DNA of 64,000 bases from NCBI GenBank assembly GCA_036172245.1, contig JAYWIR010000049.1:372001-436000 (forward strand). The letters run 5' to 3'. Both the position numbers and the translations under genes were made by a program. The first letter of the stretch is position 1, and each line of letters starts with the position of its first letter. The DNA is from Raillietiella orientalis (Eukaryota). This document shows positions 49,801 through 63,300 of this stretch, one piece after another. Below the pieces are notes generated by a model that ran no database searches, was not told where the DNA came from, and was given only the letters and a program-made list of their open reading frames with translations.

Positions 49801-51059
49801 TTGCAGTTGTGCAGCAGTCCCGTAAATTAGTTGTCCACCTCATGCAGATGAGGACATCTTCCTACGTGGATTAATTTCCACTGCATCAGTCTTCACGCGT
49901 GTGCGTGCTTCTGTGAGTTTCCCTGAAAGCATGGAACGTGTTGATGAGAAAGTGAGCAAACCTACGAAACGAAATTCCTTATTGCCCCCGACTCCTGGAG
50001 GTCTCGTTGCTCTCCTTATTATTGATCCCTCTGAGCCTGCTAAACACGAGTGGCTCTTTTACGCTTCTTGTCACTTCGTATGTAGTCCACTGTCCCAGCG
50101 ACTCGAGCAAGCGTGCAGACGAAGTGTCTGACCAGAAGCGCACGGGGGTGATCACCCGTGTTTAGCCTAATAGATTTTGATGGCATTCAGCCATATCAGT
50201 TTGAATCTTGAATCTACCGGAGTTTATTAATATCTTCTTTTTTGGGGATACTGACCGGGACACGTGATCTATGCGGGGCAACCGCACCGATATCTATCAC
50301 TCGAGATTTCTCTCAATATCCTTTTTTAGACGCTGTCCAGGACATATGTTCCACTCAGGACAACTTCACTGGTAGCCGCTACTCGACTTTTCTTTCGATA
50401 TCGGCCGGCTGTGCAGCTTTTGCTCATTTTTCCGGCGATTTGCTTGCTGCTTTAGTGTTTCTCGAGCTGGTAACCATTAGAGCACACCTGCTGGTGGCTT
50501 GGAACTCAGCAAATGAATCAGTGGCTGCAGGATGCCATTTTGCTAATCCCTCATGCTGCATCCCCGCACAAAGGTTCGTTTCCCTGCGAGAGCTGCTGTA
50601 TTTCTCGGGTTGTTTTTCTTTGGTATTTTCCTTTTGTTTTTGTTTGTCTTTTTCCTGCTTCCTCTGGAAAGAGGAACTGCCTTTCTGGGCTACCCGTTTC
50701 GCATCCGGCAGAGCTTAGGATGATAAAGTGGTTTCTGATACCAGAAACACATTACACGCCCTTGGACTCCGAAGTCCATCCAACAGTTTCCTTGGCTCGC
50801 TATTTCTAGAGATTATCATGCAGTCTGCATCCCATCTTCATATGTTATGCGGACGCACTGCAAGGAGCTGTCTGGAATTTCTGAAGATTAGACAGACTTT
50901 CCGAGAAGTGAGATTCTGCTCCAGGAAGATCTCGCAATCCTCCTCTTGGAAGACTGACTTCAATGAGAACGCCCGCTTGATAAGGGAGAAGAGTCCAGAG
51001 CTTACGTCACGAACGTCCATTCCACTCGCGCCGCCGGAGCCTAAAACCGCGGCGTCTTC

Positions 51060-51230
51060 CCCCAGCATGGTCAACAGATCAACAATCTTTGTGCCTTTTT
51101 TCAGCCCGCTCCCGCAAAGTTCCGGGTTGCTGAAGCCCTACAGAAGATAACTTCAGCCACGTCATGTCATCGCGAAAGAGACGGAACTTTCGATCTCTAC
51201 GAGGGACGAAGTTGATGAGGCCGGGAAAAC
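51060..51230 (-). mobile_element. RT motif 5 relic
   Basis: LFRDDMTWLKLSSVGLQQ (FADD..S..GLQ). Confidence 0.5.
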
Positions 51231-51559
51231 GCACTCTCAGTGATACTACAGTGTTCCCGTGAAAAAAACTGGAACGGGTGCACCATGAATCACAGAGATC
51301 GACGCTGCACCCGTTCAGTCCGCCTAAGGATTTCCTGCGACCGCGATTCTGATCTTGGTGTAAGATTGAGCATCCTCTTGGGGGCAGCGCTGTCCGGAGG
51401 AGGCGGAAAGCGAGGCTGGAATTTGATTCAGCAAAGCATCGAATCAGCTGCTAACCATTAGTCACGTCTGCCTACGACCCTCGTAGACGTGTCTCGTAGA
51501 AGGAGCAAAGAAAGCGCATCAGCTGGAGGCAAGGATGCAACCGCTGAGGAAGAGGAAGT

Positions 51560-51900
51560 CCACCGCGGCGTGTATGCTTCGTACCCTTTTCATGCGGCTG
51601 CAGGGAAATGGCCTGAGCATCCAAACCGTGGACAAAATGGGGCGTCGACGACTGAAACTCTGTCCCACATCGTGGACCACCACGAAGTGCGTGCTCCTGC
51701 AGAGAAGGACTGTGGCTGCGTTGCTGCCTCCAAGGGATGCGGGGATTTGGTTTCCCGTTGAAGCGACTGATCTAGCTTCAGAGAAGTATTCTTGGAAATT
51801 CCACCTCCCACGGACTGGAGTGCCTGGCGGTGGGGGACGGCTGTGAGATGGGGCTCGGAATGTTGCTCTCGGAGCTTCTTCGCTCTCTGCGACCCGCTCG
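51560..51900 (+). mobile_element. CCHC/RLE relic
   Basis: TTETLSHIVDH. Confidence 0.4.
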
Positions 51901-53299
51901 GAAACGTTTCGCAGACAGGACGAAGTGGCGTTCTCGGTGGCTGCCATACCCTTTGCCGCAATGCCACCGGCCCTCAGGGCAAGCAGCACCGGCAGTTTTC
52001 AACCGACGGGGTGCTAGACCTCCTTCTGTACCGTTGCCAGGAGCGACCAAACTTCTTGGAGGCTAGAAGGCGAGCAAGCTGGTGGACGCCACCACTGCTT
52101 CGCCTTCCCGGTCGAACAGACTCTTTCGGTGGCCCCGGACTGCTGATTGTGCCCTGCGAAGTGCCAGTGGACCCTTCTCTGTGTTAAAACACCTCGATGC
52201 TGCCCTTCCTGAACCGGGGTTTCCAGGACAACTAGTGCAGGCACCTCGTCTCTGGTGCAACCGAAAACTGTTAGAGATGAGGGCGATTGAATCACATCTG
52301 ATTCCCGCACCTGTAAATGGACAACAGTGCCCTCAAAGCACTTCGGCGAAGGGTGATGTCAGCAGTCCTGCACCCCGGGGGGCACCGCCACGGACTTGCT
52401 AAGGCAATTTTACGTGCGAGGCAGACCCCGGTAGGTGCCGTGGTGGCAGCGATGTGTTACTTCTGGACCATCCTCACAGCCATCCATCCTCTGTAGTCCC
52501 GGACGTGCAGCGAAGGGAGGTCACACGCAAGTAAGGGCGGCTGGAAGTCGAGTCCGAGATCTCCAACGTCCAGTGCCTGTGACTGCATAGGAGAAAGCGT
52601 CCCGTGCCGAGGGCACTCGTTCCCACCTTCCCTCTTGTTTACTCATTTATCGTCCCTCCCCTTCAGCTTTGGAGTGACCCAGCAAACCATCTGAGTTTTA
52701 GTGAACCCTTTCAGAAGTCTTTTGATTATCGCCCTAGGGAATGCGACGTGCAATTCTTGGTTTGTTAATTTTTTTCGGAAGGGATGCTCCAGCGTAACCT
52801 TCTCATCCCGGATAGCTGGTCCACTGATCTAAAATAATCACTGCTAAGATAAAAGTACGACCGATATGCGTCTGCCCGAACAGAGAAGGGCTATCCTTGC
52901 TGGGGACAGAAATAGGAAGAAGCGTGGGGAGAGGAAGGAGGGACAATAAATGAATAAATAAATAGGGAATGGGATGGATCGACCTCACAGCATTCCACCT
53001 GATTCCCGAGGGTCTGAGTCGGGCAGAAAAGGGACGGAATAGGGGTGGAAGGAGGAAAAGCTTCTATTGGCATCAGGTTGGTTAGCCCAAGGGAGTTCGA
53101 AGGATCTCCCATATCCCACTTTTCGGATCGATCCATTCCATCTTCTTCTCCTGTAGGCGATGGAGGTTGCCAATGGCTCTCCGCGACGCTCAGTCTCACC
53201 CCACCGCCATTTTTCCAGGTGCCGCTGCTCTCATGTGGCAGAAGATTTCTAGAGACGGGGTGACTGGCAGGCCCGAGGATGTGACCATCTCTTTAAAGG

Positions 53300-53800
53300 G
53301 GTCTGCTGGGGCGTGGAGCCAAAGTGTCTCGGAGATGCCCATCCCTCTGCATTCCAGCGGTACGTGAGGGAATGTCCTCCACTTCCCTAAAGGGGGTAAA
53401 TTCCTCCAGCGCTCGCCCCGCTGGGGCGGGGTGGCGTTCCTCGTTCCGGGGAAGTGCCTGTGCGCCGGCAAGATGACGGTCTTCTGGCGCCGACGAGAGA
53501 AAACTGGGGAGATGTCTAGGAAGTGTGGGAACTCGGAACTGTCCAGAGAAGTTTATTTCCTGACCCAAGAGTGGTTGGGCAACGAGCGTAGCGGTCAGGA
53601 GGTCCTCCACGGAGACGGGAGCAAAACGTCGGGAGCGTGCGTCGGGCAGATGCCTTCCCACGCTGTCCATCTGTTTGGAAAGCAGCGACATCGCGCAGAA
53701 GCCGGCAGGCAACATTGGCTCGAAACTTGCAGAAACTCGGGTGAGAGCCTCCCCAGTAAGCGAGGATTTCGGTGGGTGGACCACAGTGTGATATGGATTG
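53300..53800 (-). mobile_element. R2-like N-terminal zinc finger + Myb relic
   Basis: CF.N..SVGRHL followed by VEDLLTATLVAQPLLGQEINFSGQ..TLPR. Confidence 0.4.
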
Positions 53801-56299
53801 CTCTACTGAGCGCCAAAGCGGTACTTAGCGAGAATGGCGCCCTGGAAGGTATGCACGTTGGTTAACGACTCCATTGGTTGCTGCATTACCCTTTCACTCC
53901 AGAGGGATTGCAAAGAGTGATGAGCAAGTTTCCTACATTCTAGCGATCACCGCTGCTCGCTCATGGAGGAAGGTCGTCAGCGAGGGGGCAGCTCATAGGT
54001 CCGGAGAGATCAGATTTTTTTTTTTTAATGCCAGTAGCGGTCTAATGGGAAGGTTGTTACCATTGGACTGAGAGGATCATCAGTCGGTAATGCCTGAGCA
54101 TTTACTGCGTAGAATAATGAAAATAAATTGGTGTGCCCTAATACGTGCGATGGACCTGAAGAAGAGCGGTGAACATTTCGGCGAAATCCTCTGCGGCAAC
54201 AGGGAGGAGAGGAAAGTCAAAACAAAAGCAACCAAGCAAAACAAGGGAGGGAAACTTCTACATGCTACGAGGATGGGGAAAGGAACGAAGAAGGAATCAC
54301 AGTACTCTGCCTAGTGTCCTCTGCATCCTGTTCAGGATGTTGGCAAGTTCCGTTTGTATCTCGTCCAGATGGCGCCATCTCGAGGCGGTCCCCATGAAGA
54401 TCCGCATCCAGTGGATGGCCTTTCTTCCATTCTGGCCTTTTCTTCCTGCGTTTCAGGTTGCCATGATCCCTCGAAGACAGCAGAGGATTGCGACGACTTG
54501 CAGCACCACGCAGGAGGAGGCACTTGAAAATGTCCCTGGGGCTGCCTATCCGGATTCCTAGGATCGTCGCAAGACGATTTCAAAGGAGTCAGAGAGCGGC
54601 ACAGTCCACCAGCAGGTGCAGGGGGGTCTCCTTCTGCCTGCACCTACTGCACTAAGTACCGTCCAGTGGTAAAGACGCGTTTTACATGGGATTCTTCATG
54701 CATCATCGGCTGCGCCAATTTCCACCAATTGAGAGAATGAGCGCCACTGCTCCAGCACGCTGGGAGCCACTTTACCTCCTCCGGAAGAATGTTAAGCAGC
54801 TCTACCGGCGTAAAAGTCAGTGGAGTGGGACACGCGGGGTCGCAGCATGCGTCACTTCCCAAGTTGTCCACGCCTCCAGAAGTTTCATCTTTCTAGCCCG
54901 CAAGGCGCGCAAGACCGGGTGCGCCTCGTGCTCTCCACGCCAGGTGCTGCGTCCTTGGGTGATTTCGAATGGAGCGAAGGGCAAGGGCGGACCTTCCGCT
55001 TCCGCTCAACACGCTCCCTGCTTCGCCCCGTTTGGGGGATGGCTTTTCCCTCCTCAGATGACTCACCTGGGACCCGACTGCCCTGCTCGACGGTGGATCT
55101 CGCTCGAGGGCAAGCAAAAGAATCTCTTTCCATCCCCTGCGTGCGCCTTCCGAGATGGAGACGAGGTCATGAGCGGCGAACATCGAGAAGAGAGGTCGGC
55201 CCCACGGGAGATCGTGGAGCAGTTCGGTGGGGACCATCTCCCTGTCGAGGGTGAGCCCTGCCCTCCTGCCGTAGTGCTGCAGGGTCCTCGGTTTGGTTTC
55301 TTCTTGCGGGAGCACGTGAGGGGCAGGAAAAGTGTTAGGGTCTCTTCAAGGGGCGAAAACTCTTTCACTGCCGTTCGAGCGGGTTTCTTAGAGCAGGAGC
55401 GTCGGGAATACAAGGCAGCCGGCAACGGACTCTCCAGAGGGGAGACTGCGGAATCCGGAGATGCTCCTACAGGGGACCTCGGAACAGCCCTTCCAGTAGA
55501 TGTCCCGAAAAGAACCGAAGGAGCGATCGAGCGTGATTCAGAAAGATCACGTACTTGGCCACAGAGCTGCAGGCTGGTAGGAGGAGCCACTTGGTTCCTG
55601 GAGTGTCTACTGGTTTGCTGCCGGATGTCGGAATACGGTACACCATCTTTTAAAAAAGGAATCCTTTGCTGAGAAGACTTACTGGTCACTTTTTCATTTT
55701 TCTTCCGCAGCTCACTTCACAGAATACATTTTTTCCTCGACAAAGTAAACAGAGACGAACTCTGCAGCATTGCGTTGCTTGGCGATGGCGCTCCCGCGAA
55801 CACGTCAGCTCTGGCGGCTCTTGGCTGCTCCCCTGCACTCCAGCGCATATCTGACCCCTTCTTGACTGCGCTTCTTGTCTTTGGCGCTTTCTCTGCAGCC
55901 TCGCAGTTCATCTGAAGAGTGGAGCACGGTCAGGTCACCTCCTGCTTCTTCTCTTCCTTCGAATGTGAGCCAGCGCTCTTCCTGGCCACTAGACCCCGGG
56001 AGAAAGCTTTTTTCTCCACCCCTGACGGTGCGGTAAGCACAATTTGCCTTATCCTTCGAGCTTTCTTGCGCCGCCCTTCTGTGGACCAGCGGCTCCTGCG
56101 GCTTTCCTTGCTGCCGCCCCCTTGGGCTGTTTTGTACTCCTGCGCACCTGCCTCGAAAGTCGCCCGGAGGAGACTTTTGTTTCGATTCCTCCCACCGCTG
56201 CCTCTTTTAGATCTCCTCAATCTCCTGGTCACTCAGAGAACAAATGCTTCTCCTTCCGCGTCTTAAGATGGTTTTCTGTATGAAGGCAGGCAGTCGCTT

Positions 56300-57290
56300 C
56301 CCTCAGGACAAACGATGGCATTAGTCGGCAGGCGGGTTGGGAGTTGCCATGCCAAACTGCAGAAGTTGAGGAGTTTCTCGACGGCTGCAAGGCGGGTGAG
56401 TTGAAGGACGGCAGCACTCCTCGTTCCCGGGCGGAGGGACTCCTTCGGTGGAGTAACCTGTTCGGTGTGGCCTTCTGAAGATCTCTTGGTGCCTCTCCTG
56501 TGTGCAAGAACACTCCAGTGGTTCCCGTTTAGATGGAAACGGAATCTCCTGCTGCTTCTGCACTGGGGACTCTAGTGCAACCAGTTAAGGCACCTGATTT
56601 CCGAAGTCTTTACCCAACTGCTTAAAGTGAGGGATGGAGGAATCGTTCCTGCACCTCCTGTTGAACTGCAGTGTCCCTGAAAACGTGGCGAAGACTCGAT
56701 TCGGCGCTCTGTCGACCACAGGATCCTCCGCTTCGGACTTGCCGCAGAGATCCGTCGTGCAAGGCAGACTGAGGATGGGTGCTGCGATTGCAACCGTCTA
56801 TCTCATCCGCTTCATGGTGGCAGTCCGCTATATGCTGGAGTCCCGTTCGCATCGGATGGAGGCCACCAGCAATACAGTCTCCTTCGTGAGGACGGCCTTG
56901 CAGCCGTCCTCATGAAGGTGCAAAGCGGTTCTCAACTGCCGAAAGAACACATCAGAGAGATCGCTATCATCGCCTTTATGGGGACGGCTGCAAGGTGACC
57001 TCACCTGCCAGATTAAGTCATCAGTGAGATCGCCACTATTCACATCTGCTCTTAGAAGGAAAGGAACGATTGAAACCAAAGACGGTCCCTGACCTAGCCC
57101 TTTTTGTTTTACTTTATTTGTTGTTCCCTCTTTCTCGCTTCTGACTACTTTAGAAGCCAGCCTGCGTGTCGGTGGTCATCCTTGAAGTTCATCATGAACT
57201 TCTTTGGCATCTTTTTTATCTCGTGGATGCCGTTTCCTATCGTTTGTGCTTTATTTATTTTAAAATGAGCGTCCCGGTGTGACCGGACGC
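56300..57290 (-). mobile_element. Family B RT relic (domains 0-6)
   Basis: HEDGCK..VLLVASIR (DGCxEN..L...IR); colinear with 18650-19440. Confidence 0.65.
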
Positions 57291-57929
57291 GAACCAGGAG
57301 CTTTCGTCCACCTTTCCAGGCGTCAGCTCTCTACTCTTCGTGCACCGGGGGTTTTCCATGTCGACGGTGGCTGGCATCCACTTGAACTGCATCCCACGCG
57401 CAGAAGAAACCTACCCTTACCCGCTTTGCTGCCTGGGGCACCCTCGAAGGTAGTCGACAATCTCTCAAGGAGGGGTGGAAGCTGCCCAGTCCGAAAGACA
57501 CTCCAAAGAGCCGATGAGTCTGCTCGCTTCGCGCGCAGCAAGCGGGTGTTCTCTCGCGTCCCCGGCAGCGAACCGGAGTCTCTCCGTGAGGAAGAGAACG
57601 GATGTGGCTTCCCAGCGCACTGCACATGGGGGCGGCGAAGGTGCACTCGGATCGCAGAAGACGCGATGCTCCTGCCTGTCTTAAAGAACAGATGGCTTGT
57701 CAACTGCTTCCATCCTCGTCTTTTCTTACGGACTTGTTTTATCTGAATATAAAGGCGGAAAAAAGAGCAGCAACACCATGATGTCCCGAAAGACCAGTAG
57801 GACGGTTTTCTTCCATCAGAGTGTAGGTGATAAGAGCTCTATCAAGAGTCTTCTGAGACTTTCATAGGCGAGTGTAAGGATGTTTACGCCAGCTCCCTCT
57901 TCACCGCTCTGGTGGAGCTCTAGCAATCC

Positions 57930-58350
57930 AAGGGATCCTCAGAACTCCACCCTCATGGGACGGGTAGCCAAGTCTGCGGGTCCAGCACAATCTCTGCTGT
58001 ATTCCACCCTCATCAGAAGGTTTGTTTTCCTGTGTTTGTTGACATGCCGCCGACGGTTGCCAGGTAAACGGCAGGCGTATTTGGGGGAGATGCCGGCGCT
58101 CTCCTTCCGTCGCCCTCTGCCACTTCCGATAGAAGCGCTCCTGCCGTCCAGCATGCAAGCGAGAACGCGTGGCACCCCATCCACACTCGGCATATTTCGT
58201 GGGTGTGGCCGCCTCTTAGCTTGAACGCAAGATTGGGTGCTGGAATTCTAGAACTTCCAGCACAATCTCGAGTTGCAGCTGGCCACATGAAGAATCCGAG
58301 AAGCGAAGGTGACCACGCCCCCCGACTTAATGATTCATATCCCATTCTAG
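57930..58350 (+). mobile_element. RT domain 0-3 relic
   Basis: KSAGPAQSLLY..LLTC..LP, WPPLSL. Confidence 0.4.
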
Positions 58351-59099
58351 AACTCCCAGAATGCCCCAGGGGAATCGCGGTCTACTTTGCAGGTTCGTTT
58401 CATTGGTGAACTAGGTGTCCTAGAGTGTTCTCCTTGCTCAAACTGCATGGTCATTCCCAGAGCTTCACTCTCTCCTCGACTCCAAGATGAAGAATCCTGT
58501 CGCTTAGGGATGGGGTTCCTTGACCAAGTCCTCACCCTGCCTGATTCCAAATAGGTAGCAGGATCGCAGGGAGCATCTCGTTTAGAGTGACGTTCGTGCG
58601 GGAGGTCTCTGTCATGATTCTAACCCGCCTCTTCGAGTTCGACGGCGCCATGAACCAGGACCTCAATGCTGGTGCTGTGCTTCGAGCGGTCAGGCAGGAG
58701 CTCGCCTTTCAGCTAGCAGCCCGCGAATATATGTGACCATGAGGGTCACATACTTGCTAGCCAGAGAAGTTGCTAACCTTACTGAAAACGTGGCCAAGAA
58801 AAAGTCGAATGGGAGGAAGTGTCGATAAGCAAAAAGGGGTGGAACGCAGTGATCATGCGGCGATGAACACGATTCCAGAAGGGGTTCTCTTTGAGTAAGG
58901 TGAAGAAAGAACTAAATGGGGAGCTGTTGCGGTTTTTTATCTAGTGTGTCCACCACCGTTCTCAACTGTCCTCCCTCTGATTCCTTACCTTCTAGTTCCG
59001 CTGCACTTGCAATGAAAATAGAAGGTAGGGAATGAGGTCTAGGACGATGCTGAAGTTGTTTCATCCAGACCAGAGTGTTTTCGTAAGAAAAGAAAAGCA

Positions 59100-60560
59100 A
59101 TGTGCGAAAGTTGTGGAAGTAATCTGCTAGGAAAAATAGGAAAACAGTATTCAGCGTGGATGTGGCGGAGGAGTCGACCGTTGTTGGTGCTGTGCATCGG
59201 GTTGATGATGGATAGGAAGACTTCTGTGGTGGTAGGGTATGGAGATAAGGATAGCAGTGATTGGTAGGATGGTAGTGAGAATTTCCGTGAATGTGACCTT
59301 AGATTTCTAAAAAATAAATCTTTGATGGCATGTTAATCACGTGACTGATTTTAGCATTTGTTTTTTATTAAGGACTTTTTTTAAAATTAACGTTGCTATG
59401 AAGCGTGGTGTGACAAATGAAGTTATGGAGACATAGGCTGAAGAAAGTAGAATTTTGGAGGATAAAGATGAATAGGATAGAAAGGCACATAGGAGAGGAT
59501 AAACAAGGTGGTAGAAGAAGAATAAGCAGGGGTTTTTAATCAAGTGTAGATGGTTCATTGTAGGTCAAAGATGATAAGGGTAAGGATCCCTCCAAAGTAG
59601 ACAATATAAGGCATGATGAAGTATCATGATGCTGTGGAAGAAAAGTGGCGAATGTTGATGGGGACGAACGTAATTACCATTGGGAGAGCTATGATCATGG
59701 AACTAGTACTTGGGTAGCATAGGGATGATACAGTTCCAGTCACGGTTATGCAATGATATGGGGTGGTATGGGTGAAAGGATGGGATGAAGCGCGGTGAGA
59801 GGAGGTGTATGGTCTGGAAGGGAATTTGTAGACGCGATGGTTTCGGGAAGCCATGCTCTGCTCAGAGTTGACTGTACCTCCAATGTGGAAAAAATCCTCT
59901 GGCGGCTAGACAGCTGGGAACCTTGAAGTGATGAGCATCCTTCTGTAAAGATTCTGGAGGCTAGCAGAGCGTTCCAAGAGCATGTGCGGAACAGAAGATG
60001 GATGCGGTATGGCATCCTCAAAGACCGGCAAGATGACAAAGTTAACTGCGAAGGACTCAGACGATTTTGTAACTCCCATGGACTCGCTGCTTCTGTGGTC
60101 CGCCGCGCCTCTGGCCGCACTCCTCTGCCTTCGTGGGGCAGTCGCAGCGCGCAACTGAAAGACGAGCCGCCATCAGCGATACCATTCCGATTTCTTCTTG
60201 AGAAAGAAGAATAGATGATCTCATTGCAGAGATGCAGAGTGAATCTCCTATCATCCATCCACATCCTGTCACAGTTCAGAGGACACAGGGATGCCAAGTG
60301 GGACACTCCCTCCTTCGTCCTGTCCCCAGGCACCAAAAAGCAAGTGTTTACCTACCTTCTCTAAGCAGACCCGTCTGCCAGCAGATTGGGTAGGCAGCAC
60401 CTGCCCTCTTGAGTACAAGGATGGCATATCCCGATAATCGTTTCAGTGGATGCCCCCGAGAAACAGGGATAAAGACAACCTTGTGACTTACCTTCACTTG
60501 CAGCTCCGCTAACAGAAGCAGGGGGAGAACAGCCAGGCTCGAAGCTGCATGAACCGCTTG
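59100..60560 (-). mobile_element. RLE element 3' end: linker, CCHC, RLE and pyrimidine/CA-rich 3' UTR
   Basis: GKSQG, EGVSHLASLC, FVILPVFEDA, LYRRMLITS; then low-complexity tract 59780-59100. Confidence 0.5.
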
Positions 60561-62160
60561 CTTGCTTTCTTCGAACGGCATGTGAGGAGAATAAAGACGT
60601 TTCTTCTTTGTTCTGAGCGAATACAAATGATTTCATCCGAAGTAGAGGAGTGGTAAAGACCGGGAAGGAAATGAGGATTCTGAATAAGATGATAAAGTAC
60701 ACGAAAGGATCGAGTCTGGCTTGCATTACATGTGGGATAATCTGAAATGAGGGAAGAACGAAGCGATGATCCGGGAACTGCAGCTGAAAAGGGAAAATTT
60801 TTTCATACTAAGCAGTACGCAGCAAGCTACGTTCCCTGCACAATGTACTGGGACTATGGATACGTGCGTCTAAGGGTGCAACATCAGAGAGCCTCATAGC
60901 AAAAGCTACGAAGAACGCACGTGCACTGAAATTCAGATGGATTCAACTGCAAATAAAAGCTACCTATTTCGCTTCCAAAAGCCATCCTAACACTGTAGAA
61001 ACGAGCTCGGAACAGCTGTTTCCATTACAAGACGAAAAATGGGGGCTATGAAAGCGTTTTAGCCCACCCATCCGAGCAGCAGGTCCCAAATGCCCTTGTG
61101 GTCGTGCTGATGGCAACCACTCGCCAAATCAAATCCTCTGTCAATCATTGCCTTACCTCTTGCTTTTTTCATCTTTATTTTCCATGAATCCTTCTCTGAG
61201 AATGCGTAGCATATCTTTCCCCGCGTATTGTAAGTTTTATGTGAAGGCGCCAAACCCAGAAAAAGCAAAAAAGAAGAACCTAAAAAGAAGGAAAGAAGCA
61301 AAAAAACACCACGACCTGCTGTCCTAGAAGACCTTGAAACGCTTTTTCGTTCTTTTTTCTTTTTAGTTCTGTTTTTTCGTGTGGAATCTATGCCAATCTC
61401 CTGATCAGACCAGATGAGTTTTTCGATATGCAACCTGTTTATAAGCACCTAAAATGGGGACATTGGAATATTAATCTCCACAAATACTCGCGAGACCCTT
61501 GGTAGCTCCCCTCCGAGTAAGCTACACAGGTGTGACTTGACTCCCACAAAAAATCATCGATGATTAGCAGAATAAATGAGATGTTTATGGAAGGGCCTCT
61601 AGCCCTTTTCTGTGACACTCTTCATCATACCCCCACTGCTAGTAACGTGTCCGTGGATTACGAAACCTTTCCTCTGGCTTATTGCGCGGAAACGTCACTC
61701 GTGATCCGAGTCTACCTTCTTTACGTGTTGTCTTCTTGATCCTTTCCTCTTTTTAACTGGATATTGGATCTCAAATTCCGAATTCTGCGTTCAGCTCTCC
61801 TTAATTAACATCAGCTCCTGAACATGTGTTGCCCGAAACCCATCAGGGCTGCCTCTCTCTCCTATTTATTCTATCTTCTTCTGATCCCTGGCAATCTCCA
61901 GATACGAAATACCCAGAGGTTTCCCTGAATGCTACCAGACATTAAAAAGTGACGGGGAGAAAAAACGGGTTTCGTTCTAGTCTGCACTCATATGTATCCG
62001 CGAATAAACCATCAATTGTACATCGACTTGCACCTCTTCGTATCTGACTGTATGTCTCATCTATTGATGCCGTGGAGAGAATCGAAAGCTTCGACACCCC
62101 GTTTGATACAATCTTGGCTTACATAAGAAATCACAGAATGGTTTCTTGCTGCAGAACGTC

Positions 62161-62235
62161 TAGAACCTACCTATGAAGGCCACACCTACGAAAGGTGTGG
62201 CTTTAGAATCTACTTCTGAAAGCCACACCACCGTA
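62161..62235. repeat. 43-bp tandem duplication containing a hairpin
   Basis: tagaacctacctatgaaggccacacc (62161) and tagaatctacttctgaaagccacacc (62204); gccacacct-acgaa-aggtgtggc. Confidence 0.85.
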
Positions 62236-62279
62236 GCCTACACCACACTGCGAATCCAGCTGTCCTTCAACCCATTATT

Positions 62280-63300
62280 TATCTTCTCTTTGAAACTTTC
62301 TTCCATTACATGTAGCCTCCTCCTCACTATTTCCGAATAAATAACAATCGTGTAACCCGCCTTGTAAGTAAATATTGTTTCCGAAAGCGCAAGGGATCTT
62401 CAGACGGGCCCTTGTGTCTCTAAGGAGGACGACCTCACCGTCATGTCTTCCTCTGTAAGCTGTCGCAGCCAGCACGCAGAGTAGCAGGAAGAGTGAATCA
62501 CGTTCTTCTTTCACAGGGAGGGAGGAGGACAACAGCCTCGATGCACCATTTCCGTGTGAGAAAATCGCCAAAGCAACTTGTGTGCACAGAGGGTACTGCA
62601 TCACTCTTACTACAAGAACTCCTCATCGACTTCAGGTGACAGTGGATATTATTTATCATTATCATTCTCTTTTTTTTCCGTTTTTTCTCCCCTCCTATTA
62701 TTTTTTTCCCACTGGAGAGGGAAGAAGTTGCCTGAAGTTTTGGAATGCACGAGACGGGAAAACGGTGAATCACTGTTTATGGAGCTTTCGACGAAGTGTC
62801 TGCGAAGCTTTTTTTCTTATCTGCAAATTTTGCAAAATTTGCAAATAAGAAAAATGCTTCAGGAGCTGGGTTCAAATCTGGCAAAAGATAATACTTTGCG
62901 TCCAACATTTTTGGTCGTTTATGTCGTTTCTTTCGGAATTACGAAGAGAACTGCCCAGAATGCTAGCCATGCAGACAACGGAGATAAACGTTCCCCCCAT
63001 GAAAGCACCATCATGTGGAAGAGGAGCAAGTAGTAAAATTTCTTGAATGTGAGCATCCGTAGAATGAGGAACCCATTCTTGTCCGCTTGGAAATCGAGGA
63101 TGCTCGGAACATGGAGCGCCGATGCTGTTGTCAGCATCCCAAAACGCTTTCCTTCGGCGCAGCACTGAAATTCATACCACGCCGTCATTAGGTTCCAAGT
63201 AATTGAAAACGAGACATCTTCAATCTTTTCCGAATAAGCAGGAATAATTCATGGTGCCATCGAGAACCAAAAACGGGAGTCGTCGCTGCCGCCCAGCAAA
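62280..63300 (-). mobile_element. RT relic, motifs 0-5
   Basis: SRWHHELFLLIRK, ILDFQADKNGFL, LSAWLAF..VIP, TAY..EVVLLRDT. Confidence 0.5.
62804..62860. repeat. Near-perfect 57-bp palindrome (perfect 22-bp core 62822-62843)
   Basis: gaagc-tt-tttttcttat-c-tgcaaattttgcaaaatttgca-a-ataagaaaaa-t-gcttc. Confidence 0.95.

Noticed and set aside
54686..55672. Longest ORF (328 aa)
   Set aside because: No recognisable domain; composition typical of a chance GC-rich frame within decayed repeats.
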